The position numbers were made by a program, and so were the translations under genes. Under the pieces are notes generated by a model, which worked only from the letters and a program-made list of their open reading frames with translations, was not told the origin of the DNA and made no database searches. Of a stretch of DNA of 31,060 bases, positions 8,647 through 20,484 are shown in pieces (position 1 is the stretch's first letter; each line of letters starts with the position of its first letter). This DNA comes from Caecitellus pseudoparvulus (taxonomy: Eukaryota > Protista > Bigyra: Bicosoecida). The DNA lies in NCBI GenBank assembly GCA_965644315.1, contig CBFFRQ010000176.1:1-31060 (forward strand), given 5' to 3'.

Positions 8647-11600
8647 TCAACGTTCTGCATCCAACTCTTCCTGTGGATCGCCCATCTTTTTCCCCAACGG
8701 TTTCAGCTCAGGGGGCAAAAAATTCTGTTCGAACACCCCATAGAAGCCTGGGACATAAGCTTTCGATAATGCGTGGGACTTGCCCTGTGGGGTTCGGGTG
8801 CAGTAAATGAAAAACAGCTCGACGTCCTTCACTTCAGTGATCGACTCGGACAGAGGCAGGGGTGGACTCTCGTGGCCCTGTCCAAATGCTGCAGCTACTT
8901 CACCGGCAACCGATTGTGGGGCCACAGGTTCCTCCGCTTCATCTTCGCCGACTTCAGTTCCAGCCTCTGATTTTTTCCTGCCCTTCTTCCGGCCTGTCTC
9001 AGAAGGAGGCGACACCAGCAGCTGCTTGGTCATTTCCATCACTGCATCGCGGTCTTCTTCAGGCAGCAACTTCGGCTCCATGAGGAGCTCCTTGAAATCA
9101 CCACTGTGGTCGTATACCACTCGGCAGTTGAGGTCAATCGGAACTCCAAAAGTCCACAGGATTAAGTTCGCAAGTGTGGCCTTGGTCTCCTCAGTTTCCT
9201 TCGGATTGTCAAACTTCATCTGGGTTCCTTGGATCTTCCTGAGATAGCCCTCATCGCAGGCAAGGTTGGCCAGGTCAGCTAAAGTTGGAGGAACTTTCTT
9301 TTTCGGTTTTTCTCCGAGGCGTGTTACCCTTAAATTATGGAGCGTTCGTTTACTCGCGTGGCCGGCAAGGGTTGAGATTGTGGTTTCGATGAAAGCAACC
9401 TGTAACTTTGATGGTTCGGGTACGGTGTTGTCTTTATCCGAACTCTCTGGCGAGCGCCTGAACACGACGAAGTCCACAGCTGGAAAGTTGTGGGGTGTGC
9501 GCACCACGTGCACGCTCCCTGGAGCGAGGTTCTGCACAACATGCACATCGGCAGCAGACAAGCCAGCACCTTTCGCTTCTTGCTTGGTCTGAGCTGCGAG
9601 GATGGATCCCGGGTCCGAGCCCAGGGAGTAGGTCCGAAGCACCACCTTTGGGGGTCTGGACGGCATGCTTGAGAGCTCCTTGTAGGATGACCCAAACATG
9701 CCCAGCTCTAGCAATGTGGCCACCGTGTCCTCGAAGTCCTCTCCACTGCCCAGGTGGGTCACACCATTCATGATTCGGTCCCAAGCTCTCTTCTGACTCA
9801 GAGAAGCCTCCGGCCCAGCGAGCTCTCGGTGGAGCGAGATGAGGGACCTTATGTAAGCATGCCTCGCAACGTGGGAGGAGAACCGCACATTGCCCTCCAG
9901 AGTCATTTTGTTGGGGTCGATCCTCGACAGGATCGAAGCAGCAGCCATCGTGTGACTCAAGAACAACTTAACGCCTCTTTCCTCCTCTGTTGTCTCCAAA
10001 GTGCCTTCCGTCAGTCGTGTAAGGCAGCGATCCTCCATCTGCTGTCTCATGTCACCCCAAGCTGCTTTCAGAGCCACCTGAAACCAATCTGTGTCAATGC
10101 TTGAGCTTGCTTTTGTCCGCGCCACTGCCCTAGTTAAGGCACGAGCAAGCCCACCCACAGACAAGACGAAGTTGTCAAACAGCTTCAGGTTGTCAGCATC
10201 GCTCAGGGCTCTCATAGCCCTGGGGGGGAGCTGCAGAGAGCAGTCTTGGCCCGCTTGAAGGTCTGCAACGGTGTGAACCTGCTCGGTCCAGCCCAACGCA
10301 TCAGCGTTTCTCTTTGGCCCAAGCATGAGCAAGCGGGAAAGCTCTGGGCTGAGTCGCTCCATTTCAAAGAAAGGGATGTCTTCGTCTGTGGATGAGCCAA
10401 AATCGAACCTGAACTCAATAGGCTCCAGTTCTTTCTTCTTCTCAGTGCCTTTGCCTTTTCCTTTGTCGCTGCTGTCTGCTTTGCCTTTGCTTCTTTTTGT
10501 GTTGTCGCCTTCGTCAGTGCCACTGCTTCCTTCTGCGCCATCTTTTCCTTCTTTGCCTTCTTTAGACTTGTCTTTCTTCAAGTCAAGATGCGCAGCATGG
10601 AAATCTGGTGAGTAGGCGAACACCCTGCTCGAGTTCTTGGTCCAAATGAACAACTCATTCAGCTCCTTCCACCAGAGGGGATCCCCAGGAGGCTTTTTAT
10701 CAAGCACGGCCTGCAAGTGGTTTGCCTCGTCGACAATGAACGATGCAGGGAGGCTCTTCGGGTTTTTTCCTTTTGCTTCACCTCCACGATTGTACGCAGA
10801 GTCCTGAGCGATGAGCAAGCTGTGAAGTGCTTCGTGTGCTCTGGCTCCTTCCTTGCCAATCGCTGCCATGTCCATGCACACTTGAGGCCTGAGCAGGCTA
10901 TTCCCGCAAGACATTGACAAACCACCTTGCATGAGGTTGTGGAACAGATTCTCGAATTCTGGCTTTGAGGGAGCGAACACGTTCGACTCCGACATGTACA
11001 AAACGTCACCCCCCGCCCCGATGCCAATCATCGTGGCAAGCGCCCGTAGAGATGCCGACTTCCCAGTTCCGTGAGCAGCAGTGGCCATGACCCCTGGAAG
11101 AGCACCAAAACAAGTCTTGGCGGACTTCTCGAACAACCTCATCCGTCCGCGCGTGAGAACGAAGGTGGTGAGCATTAGGTCTTGTTCAAGGCTGGAGGAC
11201 GACGCCTCAGAGCGAACGCCGAAAACAGTTGGTCGCAAGCCCTGAACCTTCAAGCCTCCGAATGAAACTCTCTTCAAACCTGTTTTATCATGCTGAAATT
11301 TATACGGCTGCTCCAACCAAATCGGCAGCCGCAGCACCACAGCCTCTAAAATGCCGTTCATGTAGATTGGAGAGCAACCTGCTGTCCACTTGATGTTCTT
11401 TCCTTCACTTGCCGTGGGATCCTCGCACTTGGCTTTCGTCAATCCGTCTTTGAGTGCATCAGCGACACTCCATTGAGAAATTTCAGCTCCCGTGAAGGCA
11501 TCCCCCGCATCAAGCAGCCAGCCAAAGTTGTCCGCCAAGATCTCCAGAGTTGAATCGTTAGTTTTGAGGAGACCCTGAATGTACTGCTTGTCTCCGACAC

Positions 11601-12818
11601 CCGCATCTTTGAGCTGCTTCTTGGCCGCGCCTTCGCCTCGCCTCTTCAACAGCAGCATCGAACGGAGGGGCACGCCCAAGTTCATGATCGATAATTCCCG
11701 GGCTTGGCTGTTGAACCACGCAGTGCGGACGGCCACTTCCAGCTGCGCCTTGAAGTCGGCCACCATGCTTGCAGAGACATGCTCAGGCAGCTCCTCTTTG
11801 CAAAATGCGTCAATGTCACACTTGGCCAGTGAGTCCACAGAGTATGAGCAGAGGCTCTTCAGAACCTTGACTCTGTCCTCCGCCTTCGTAGTACCCTGCA
11901 TCATCTTCATGGAGACCCTCACGACTCCACAACGCTTGAGAATTTCCCACAGCTCGTCTCCAGCACTTTTCTGAATAAACAAAAGCAAGCAGCCACTATG
12001 ATGCGCAAGGAAGGGGAACACAAAGCGGGAAGTGCTCAACTCACCTTGCATGTCAACACTTCACTCTTGATGGCTTCCTGTGCTTCCATCTTCGCCACCA
12101 TCTTCGCCAGCTTGGTTTCGATCTTCAACAGTTCGGCCTTTGCGTCGCTCAAGTATGTCGGCAGCTTCCTCACCCACACTTGAGTAACGCGGTTTTCGAA
12201 CTTCACCCCAATCGAGCTGATCAGTTCACCTTCTTGAGCAAGTTCCAAGCTGACGTCAATTGGCATGTCAAAAATGGAAGCAAGGAAACTATTTTGTTTT
12301 TCGGTACTTTCATTCTCGAATCGAATCCCAAAATCAACTTGAGTTATGAAGCCGCTTGAGACGAGGGCTTGAACCACGTTTACGTCGGGAGGTGCCTGCG
12401 AAGAAGGCCAGACAAAGTGCAGGGCACGATGCCTCGCGCAGGCACACCTCAAGGGCAAGCTACGTACCTTCAGCTTCTTGAGGGCAGAAAGGGCTATTTC
12501 CAATGGAACCTCTCCTTCTGCTTGCTCAAGCTCAGCCAAAGCCACAAGCAACTTCTCCCTCTTCTTCTGCGGAAACTTTCCCCACCATTTCGTGCTCCGT
12601 AGCACTTCCCTGACCTCCCGAGGTTCCTCCGTCGCAGCACCAGCCACAGATGAAGCGTGGCGCAGCAAGCTGGGTGCCTGGGGCGGCTTGGGTGTGCGCG
12701 GTGGAGGCCAGAGCACTGGAGCAGCAGCAAATTCCGCTCCAACACTTCGCAACGCCAACACAGGCCGCAGTGACGCCCCCACAGCACGTGACAAAGTCAC
12801 TGCAGCCTTCAAGCTCAT
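8647..12818 (-). CDS. CR (Crinkler/RHS)-type P-loop NTPase + PD-(D/E)xK-like nuclease, copy 1; join(12818-12468, 12395-12045, 11970-8647), ~1341 aa
   Basis: Introns AAG|GTACGT...TTCGCAG (72 nt) and AAG|GTGAGT...TTCAG (74 nt) give one continuous frame. Walker A AAHGTGKS, Walker B FIVDEAN, GGLAR motif, nuclease-like HNFPAVDFVVF...VAFIETT. Arg/Ala/Ser-rich N-terminus ending RHASS. Confidence 0.8.
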
Positions 12819-13539
12819 GGTACCTTGCCTAGATGTTCAGGCACCGCAGATGCTCCAGGTGCGCGCTCACTACTCAAGGCTGTGTTGGTGCGGAAGTGTG
12901 CGCAAGTCCGCACAAGGCAGAGCTGCACGAAGCTCCGAGGTGAGGCAAGCTTGAACACAATGTGCCAGATGAGCAGTACACACTTCGCCCATGGGCACTT
13001 TCATGAAATATGATGTTTTTGCCGTCAGCGCACCGTCGCGCAGCTTCGGCCAACCACACGAAATGCTGTCTTGAGAGTTACGCGAATGATGCCAAAACAT
13101 GTCTCACGCTGCTGAAACCGGAGTGTCAACGACAGAACAAAGAGGAACCAGCGGCAGCTGCACCAGCAGACGCGCCTGCCAATACGCTCCATGACATTTC
13201 ATCAACTACTTTTTGGTTGCCCGCTCCTCCCACCTCCAGCACAGAGCCAAAGTAGGATCGAATCCCACCCGTCAGAGCGACCCAGTGGCAAACAGCACTG
13301 AGGCCATCCACGAGCCCTTCAATATGATGTGCAAGCTCATACAGATGTAATCATCAACAATTTATTCAATGTGCAGCTAGCCTTCATGCCGCACGCTGTG
13401 GGCTTTCCGCGAGCAAGTTGTACCTCGCCGCCGCGCCCAGATTCCCAGGCAAGCTGCGAATTTAGCACGATCACGAGGCCACAGCTCAACACAAGCTGCC
13501 TCCTTCGGAAAACACTCGCAAAAGACATCCGAGTTTTCT

Positions 13540-16500
13540 GTGCACAAGCAGCGTCTGCGATGCCTGACTGGGCGTCCCAAGGCGCATCAGCTGTGAAGGT
13601 GAGGCCTGTGGCTTGCGTGAACGCCGCAGCGGACAAGGACCCCTCGTTGAGCTGGGTGCCTTGGGCTGGCACGAATGCCAGCTGCCCCTCCACAGCAGAA
13701 GGCGCTTCGCCCAGGACGGACGCAGCAAGAGAGTGCAGCGCACGGGCCAGAGCACGCTGGTTGTGCACTGTGCCCTGCCAAACGCCATCTGCATCCAGGG
13801 TGCTGCTCGCCGCCAACGCCATGGACAGCGGCTGCTGCACTGGCGCACTCCAAGCTGCGTCCACAGTCACACCCACGCTGGAGGCGACACTCGTCCAGCC
13901 GTCACTGGACTGCACGTGGAGGTTGGGGAATACGTGTGAGCCACTGGCAAGGTGCAGGCCAGACACCAGCAGCTCGCCTTGCAGTGCCTGCAGCTGGTCC
14001 AGCGGCACTGGCTGTGCGCCTCGCAAGTCTCACAAGCCTGGCTGGGAGCCTAGGGAGATCTGCACAGAGTGCACAGGAGCCTGGGAAGCCACGTTCCACT
14101 GCACAGCCACGGCAGTTGTGTTCTGCTGGAAGCAGCACAGCTCGCTCGCACTACCGCTGGCAGTCAGCGGCACAGGTGCAATGGTACCTGAGAAGGCGGC
14201 CTCTTGCCCGATGAAAGTGCTTCCACTGCTTGTGTTGGCAACGTTCCCCGCGCTGTCTGTCGCCCTCGCTGACAACGTCAACGCTTCCTGCTCACTGCCC
14301 AGGGGCAAGGACAGGGTTGTGGCGGAGAGGGTGGCGTTTGTATCCAGACCAGCTGCAGGCGGAAGCAGCGACACCTCTTGTGCCGTGCCCAGAGCAGTCC
14401 ACCACAGCACTGCAGCTCCAGAGGAGGCATTCACAACAGACACCTCGTAGGTCAGGGAGCCCGCAGTCGCCACGGCGTCATGCCACCGCCAGCACGCGTG
14501 CACTGGCGCCCCAACTGGCAGGAACAAGTTCTCAACAAGCGGTGTGAACCCCGCATGCCCCCTGCAGGCAGCAGACACTGACAGCCAAGTGGGCACAGGA
14601 GCTGCCGTGTCCACCACGATGCCGTCTGTGAAGGCGTACGTCTGCAGGCCAGCGGCGCTGGTCAACACGACGGTTCCGTACAGCACTTCGCCTTGGCTCA
14701 GGGCAGAGCCGGGCACAGCAGAACACGTGCCTGAGGCCAGGCCAGGCAGCGCGTGCACGCCTGCCTGGGACGCTGGCACAACGTCCTCTGCATCGGGGCT
14801 GGTGCCCCACATGCACTGCACGTGTTCCAGGCCAGACTCGGCATCCGCCGCGCCCTCCCACGCCAGCGCCAGGAAGTCCGCAGACGCTGTGGCTGCTGCG
14901 TCGAAGGATGCAGCCAGCTCGTCGCTATCCAGGGGCGCCCGCAGCGAATCCGACACCCGCAGCAGTGTGGGGCCAGTGGCGTCCACTGCACCCGTGCGAG
15001 CGGTGCTGGTGGTGTACTCGCCAGCGCCATTGGCGACAGTGAGAGAGAAGTAGACCCGCTGCCCATGCACGATGTTGGAGGCCAGGAATATGTCGAGGGA
15101 GTCCAGAGGCACAGCGGCAGGAGGTGCGAGCTGCGTGCCGCTTTGGGAAGTGCCAGCCGACACGACCACCACAGCCAGGCCGCTCTCGGCATCTGCAGCG
15201 GCATCAAACGTCAGCGCAAACGCGCCTGCTGCCCCAGACATGGAGGGGGCGCAAGGTGTGCACTCAGTGATGGAGGCGCCGTGGGTGGCCTTGTACGTGC
15301 CCAGGGGGCAGGGGCACAGGCGCCACTGGCCGCCTCTCAGTGGGTGCCTGGAGCACACGGCAGGGCTGGGGAATCTGAAGACACTGTCGGGCTGGGGGCA
15401 GCAATCCCAGTGGCACCCGAGTTGCAGGCGTCACAGAGGGCGGGTTCATTGCCCAGCACTTGCTTGCAGGCGGGCACAGCACAGGGGCGGCAAGCCTTGC
15501 TCGTCGCGTTCAACACGAAGCCCGGCCCACACTGGCACACGCCGCCGCCGTGCGTGAAGTCGGGCACGAATGCGGCATTGGGGTCGGCACAGGCGCACGT
15601 GCTGCGCCCCGCAGGATCCCCGATCCCGAACGCCGTCAGCAGCAGGGTCTGTGCACTTGCGCCAGCCAGGGAAGGCAGCGTCTCGTCACAGGCAAAGCCG
15701 TCCGAGGAGGCAACACTGGCGTGTCCCGCTATGTTCGTGGCGCGCACACTGGTGTACAAAGTGCTCCCAGGTGTCAACTCGAGGCCTGTAGCAGCCCATG
15801 CCGTGCGTTGCGCCAGGACTGTCCAGGGCATGACGTCATCCAGTCCTGCAGCGCTGCCAAGCGCAACCTCGTACGTTGCGATGCCAGAGGGGTCCCCGAA
15901 GGAGTCCCAGCTCGCAGCCGCCTGGCTGCAGTCAGCGGAAAAGTCCACGTCGCCCCCCAGTCGAGCGCTATCGCGCGCGATACCGGCGGTGGGCCCACTT
16001 GTGACCAAGGGTGCAGGGCGCCCCACTGCTCGGCGCGCCAGGCCTGCTGCGTTGGTCGCCTTGACGCTGCAGGCCACGAACCAGCTTTCAGGGAGGGGGT
16101 CCGGCACCCCATCGCTCCCGGGGGTGAAGGTGGCTTGGGCCTCACTTGGTCCCAGGGACAGCACATTGGACATCGGCACGATGGAGCCAGTCCCACCCGC
16201 CGTCACCTCCACCAGCTCCACTTCAATGCCCACCACTGGTGCCTGGGCGTCCTGCACGCCTGCCCATCCACACGTGGCCTGTGTCGCATCGCTCAAAAGG
16301 GACACTTTGCTGCCAGTGGCGTCAAGGAAGTGCACGCTGCCGATGTCTGGCGGGGTGATGTCCACGACGACGGGCTTGGAGAACACTGTGCACCGGCCAG
16401 CTTCGTTGGTGCCAATCACGGACATGTAGTACTTGGGGCCAGTGACCAGGTGCACGCCACTCCAGGTGGCAGCTGGGCCGGCGAGAGGTGTGGAATACCC

Positions 16501-16812
16501 CTGCACCTGCTCCCCACAAGGCGACGTGCCAAGGGCGGCTGAGAAAACAACATCTCCCTCTGCGTCCAGGAACGGCGCCCAGGACAGGGCGACAGCGCTG
16601 GTGGAGGGCGCGTAGTACACGCCATCCAGGAGCTGCCCGTCCGTCACTGCCGCTGTGCCGTCGAGTGTCGCCGCTGTCTCGTCTGGGGTGAAGGAGGTGT
16701 GTTCCACACCCAGCAGCGCTCCGTCCTTGTCATACGGGATGAGTGTCACGTGAATATCGGTCTCAGTCAGCAAACCAAGGTCACTGGTACTGGCCTGTGT
16801 GGCAGTGCACAC
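13540..16812 (-). pseudogene. Disrupted large extracellular protein with FN3-like beta-sandwich repeats and Cys-rich (TNFR/ephrin-receptor-like) repeats
   Basis: Repeated VD(I/T/A)T(P/A/G)P, DxESG and (A/G)TNxAG motifs, plus CPLGTYK...CTPC. In-frame TGA at 15337-15339 and 14030-14032, and a frameshift near 15310. Starts at an acceptor-like ctgacgtag|GTG (16813) with no upstream exon visible. Protein-like sequence ends near 13540. Confidence 0.75.
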
Positions 16813-17271
16813 CTACGTCAGTGAACGCAATAAAGCATCGCATGGGCTTGTTTCCAAGAACCACGTGGGCGAGGTAAGCTACAGCCCGTCTGTGGAATCT
16901 TTCCTCATTTCCGCAGTATTTGGCCGATTTCGCATGCTCGACACAATCAAATGGAATACGTTCAATTCATCCTGCCAAAGTCATGCCTGGAGGCTGTGTT
17001 GCTCCCGCCTGAGAGCACTGCACAGTGCTGGTGTGGCGTTTCAGGTTGCTTCACCACGACAAAACACGAGGCCTGCGATATCTCTGCATTGGGCTGCACT
17101 CTACCGGCTCTGAATAGCTGGGAGGATCGTAGCATGTAGGCGATTTGAAGAAGATTTGAATTGGTTCCCAAGTCTCTCAGACCACGCGTCTAGCCTCGGG
17201 ATCCTGGCTGGCTTGTGTGTGGATGAAACTCCCTTCATCCAGCCGCAGAGCCAGTGGCCCTGCTCCAGCCC

Positions 17272-19904
17272 TCAGCACCGTGCACACTTGGCACTCGGCT
17301 GGCTGAGACCATGTTGCCTTGATCGCTTCCCCCACTGGGCAAACTGCTCTTCCTCCCGCTGCACCTTGCTGGCCACTCGCTCGACCTGGCCGACAGTGGC
17401 GTGAGCAGCGGAGGCGATGCGGGACGCTGCTGTGTTGGGGCTGTACCTGGCAGTCTTGGCCTCTTGCGCCTCCCGCTCCTCCATGAGCAGTCGGCAATTG
17501 TCTTCCTCAACCTCTGGCGTGACGGACGAGCTGGCCTTGTGGTACAGGGGCAGGCCAGAGGCCTTGGCTTCCTCGAATGTGGTCGGGGCAGGCGCATCCG
17601 GGCAGCTCTGCAAGGCTGCTGTCAAGGCACCTCGAGCAAAGCCACCTACATCACCAGTCAGAACAGAGCAAAACTCCAGAGTGGCTGCAACGTCTTGAGA
17701 CTTGCTGCGGGTCTCTTCCTGGCGGCATTCACCGCTTGCATCCTTGGACAGCAGCTTGGCCGCAGTGGCCTGGTTTTTCTCCAGCCAGTACAGCGTCAGG
17801 ATCATGTCGGCGACATCCAGACGGGTGGATGTGCCTGCTGACACCATGTGCCGCATGCCAGAGTGCAGGCTCTCATTGCCCCCGGTGGTGGTGGCGCCGT
17901 GCACCGCGTCACGCCCATCCAGCAAGCCTTGCAGCCCCACATCGTTCTGCAATGACGCCTTGACCCGAGCGCGAACTGCGTGGAAGGAGGACTTGTGATC
18001 CAGGATGCCGCGTGTGATGCGGCCTTGCACGGCAGTGCCTGCGCCACCCCGCGACTGAGGCGCCCACACCTGGCGAAACAGGTTTGCAGTGCGCTCCGAT
18101 GCCGCTGAGGCCTGATTGTGAGTGCAGGGTCCAATGTGAAGAGGGAGGATGGGCACCCCGCTTGGGTGCAGTCCAGCCTGAGTTGGTGTGAAATGCTCTC
18201 CCCGGCCCCGATGGAGTAGCATGCCTGCTGAAGTGGCGCAAGCAGCAGCCAGAGCGAGGGGGGCGTGCTTGCGAAGCCTTGCAGCAGCTCCAACTGCACG
18301 CCCTAAGCCGTACAGAGACCACCCATAGGCTATGAGGAATGCCTGGACTCGGGCCTTCTGGGGGTCTGACAGGGTCTTGCGTTGCAAGATGCGGCAGGCG
18401 CAGTCGATGAAGGCCTGGATGTCGGCATGTTCAGCAGGGTCCAAGGCGGCTCGTTGCCGAGCAATGGCAGCCTCTGGCAGGAGCAACTGGGGAGACACCA
18501 CGCCCAGTGCAGGCGTCCGGATCCACTCCACTGTGTCGAACCACAGCCTGATGAAGAGTGGGCCATCCTGGTGCATGGCTCGCTTGGGAATGGCCTTGGC
18601 CACGCGGCAGGCAAAGTGCCACGGATCCACCGCGAACCGCACCACGCCTTTCTGCAGTAGTGGGAAGTGCACGTCGATGATTGCTTGCAGGGCGTGCTGG
18701 TGGGTCTTGAGGTTGTCCACTGTGATGACGCTGGGATGGGACGCAGCTGGGCCGCGCTCCCGCAAGTGCCCCTTCAGCCTGCACAGCACTAAGCCCAGGA
18801 CCCAGGCCAGGTTCGCCGCGCTTTCGAGGCCCGTAAACATGGGAGGCTGCAGGATGAAGCCGTACCGGCCCACAACCGTGGCTATGCTGGGGGCAACTCG
18901 CCACTGAGTCTTGCCTGTGGCCCGCGTGGCCCGGCCTCCGCTGCCCGCACAGGCTTCCCCCTCTGAACCCTCCTCGTCGCTGTCGCTGTCGCTGTCTTCT
19001 TCACCATCCGGCTCATCTCCGGGCTCTTCCTCGCCCAGCCCGTGCTCTGCGCTGGCTGACACAGCTGTGGCCCTCCGCAGTGGCTGCGGGCCTGCGACGT
19101 GCACCCTGGCCGAAGATGCAAAGGCCCAGTCCACGCTGATAGTGTCAGCGAAGCGTGCGAGGGCCTGCAGGTACCCCTCCAAGTGTGGCTTGACAGCGGC
19201 ATGGTAGATGTGCAGGATGGCATCCCGCAGAGCCTTCACGCTTGTGCTGGATCGCACCCTGCCCACGACGTGCAACCTGGCTCGGGACACTGCGCGGGCC
19301 AGTGATTGCTGCTTCTCAGGGCGTGCAACAACGGAGAAGTGCTTCCTGAACAGCGTCTCTTTCCAGGAGTCCACTTTGTGTTCGAAGGGCCGTATGAGGT
19401 CTCGCCAGAAGGCTGCGTGCACCTTGACCTTGCCTTCGCGGCGGTGGATGTCGGAGCACTCCCACAGCCGATTGGTACACATGACGTGCACAGTGAGATG
19501 TGTCAGAGGGTAAGGGTTTAGTAGTGAACGACTTTGGGTGCAGGTTACGTGTGCGAGGCTGCGCTGCCAGGGGCGGGGTCGACGCCGTGCCGGGCTGGGC
19601 CATGGCTTGAGCTGCCGCTGTAGTGCTGGAGGCAGCATGATGAGTGGCGATTGAGCCCAAAGATGCTTCTATGAGACGTAAAGCTTTCGCCATAGCTGCG
19701 AAAGTCCTGGCAATGGTGGGTGGATGGGTCGTTCTCTTGGCGTTCCTTGACCGTGAGAGGGGCTTTCCTTTGGTGTAGCGTGCAAACCCGCTGCTGGAGA
19801 CTTTCTCGGCAATGGCCTGAGCCACAGGCAAAGTCTGCCTTCTCACCTTGTGATAGGTACTTTTTCATAGGTATTGGCTCATCAAGCACAGCAGTCGCCC
19901 ACAA
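17272..19904 (-). mobile_element. Degenerate DDE transposase of the C/DxxH class (Mutator/Kolobok/ISL3-like catalytic signature)
   Basis: ISVD (~19130), ITVD (~18715), DPWH (~18616) and TGGNESLH (~17870) occur in the canonical D-D-(DxxH)-E order. A Cys-containing N-terminal part lies in another frame (19545-19904), implying a frameshift or intron. No clear terminal inverted repeats (TIRs) or target-site duplication (TSD) found. Confidence 0.7.
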
Positions 19905-20145
19905 TATAGGTTTGGTTCTCCAGAAAGAACTGTGCCTCCCGTGCTAACCACAACCGATTTCCGCAACAAAGTTCGCAGTCCTGCACAGCCCCCCTTGCGG
20001 CCTCTCGCTCAGCAGTGGTGAGAAAAATGACCTCTTCTCAATCTTAAGTGTGGTAAGGTTTGACACTCGCCGCCCTAGCCTCCCACCCCAGCTTCCTTCG
20101 TTTCCAGGCTGCATTGCACCGTTGACTGGCTCAGCTCACCAAAAA
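19880..20145. repeat. Diverged dispersed repeat, copy B (similar to ~8300-8565)
   Basis: Same collinear motifs as copy A, in the same orientation. Lies at the 5' end of the transposase. Confidence 0.6.
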
Positions 20146-20484
20146 GCAACGCATGTTGGAAGTCGCCGTTCACGAAGGCATGGCTGATCACGCGTGAGTT
20201 CTCCAATCCAAATCAAGTGGCATCTTATTATAGAATGGAAATTGCAAGCTTGCTTGTTTGGTCAGCCCCAATGGCGGTGCAGCCTCGATTTTTGAAGGCA
20301 AGGCTTGCAGCCGGTCGGCCACGCGACGCGCGTCGAGCCCGGCAAGCTGCTTCGCGTTGCGCTTGCTGCAATTGCTCTACCTCTCTGGTAATTGAATACC
20401 ATGCACAAGGGGGGTCTTGCCAAAAAGTTCCACGGCACTTCAGCGGTTGGAGTCGATGTCGATGGTTCTTGGCAGCTCTATCGG

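Noticed and set aside
14753-16429. 558-aa plus-strand ORF and other plus-strand ORFs at 13329-14450, 26797-27849 and 29053-29871
   Set aside because: Antisense shadows of minus-strand coding or pseudogene sequence.
16904-16926. Weak inverted similarity (ctcatttccgcagtatttggccg) to ~28657-28682 as a possible TIR pair
   Set aside because: Short and gapped, with no TSD; not distinguishable from chance by eye.
20324-20335. Palindrome cgacgcgcgtcg; also a hairpin at ~17014-17029 and short gctgccac repeats at ~24241-24268
   Set aside because: Too short to be significant in GC-rich DNA, with no supporting context.
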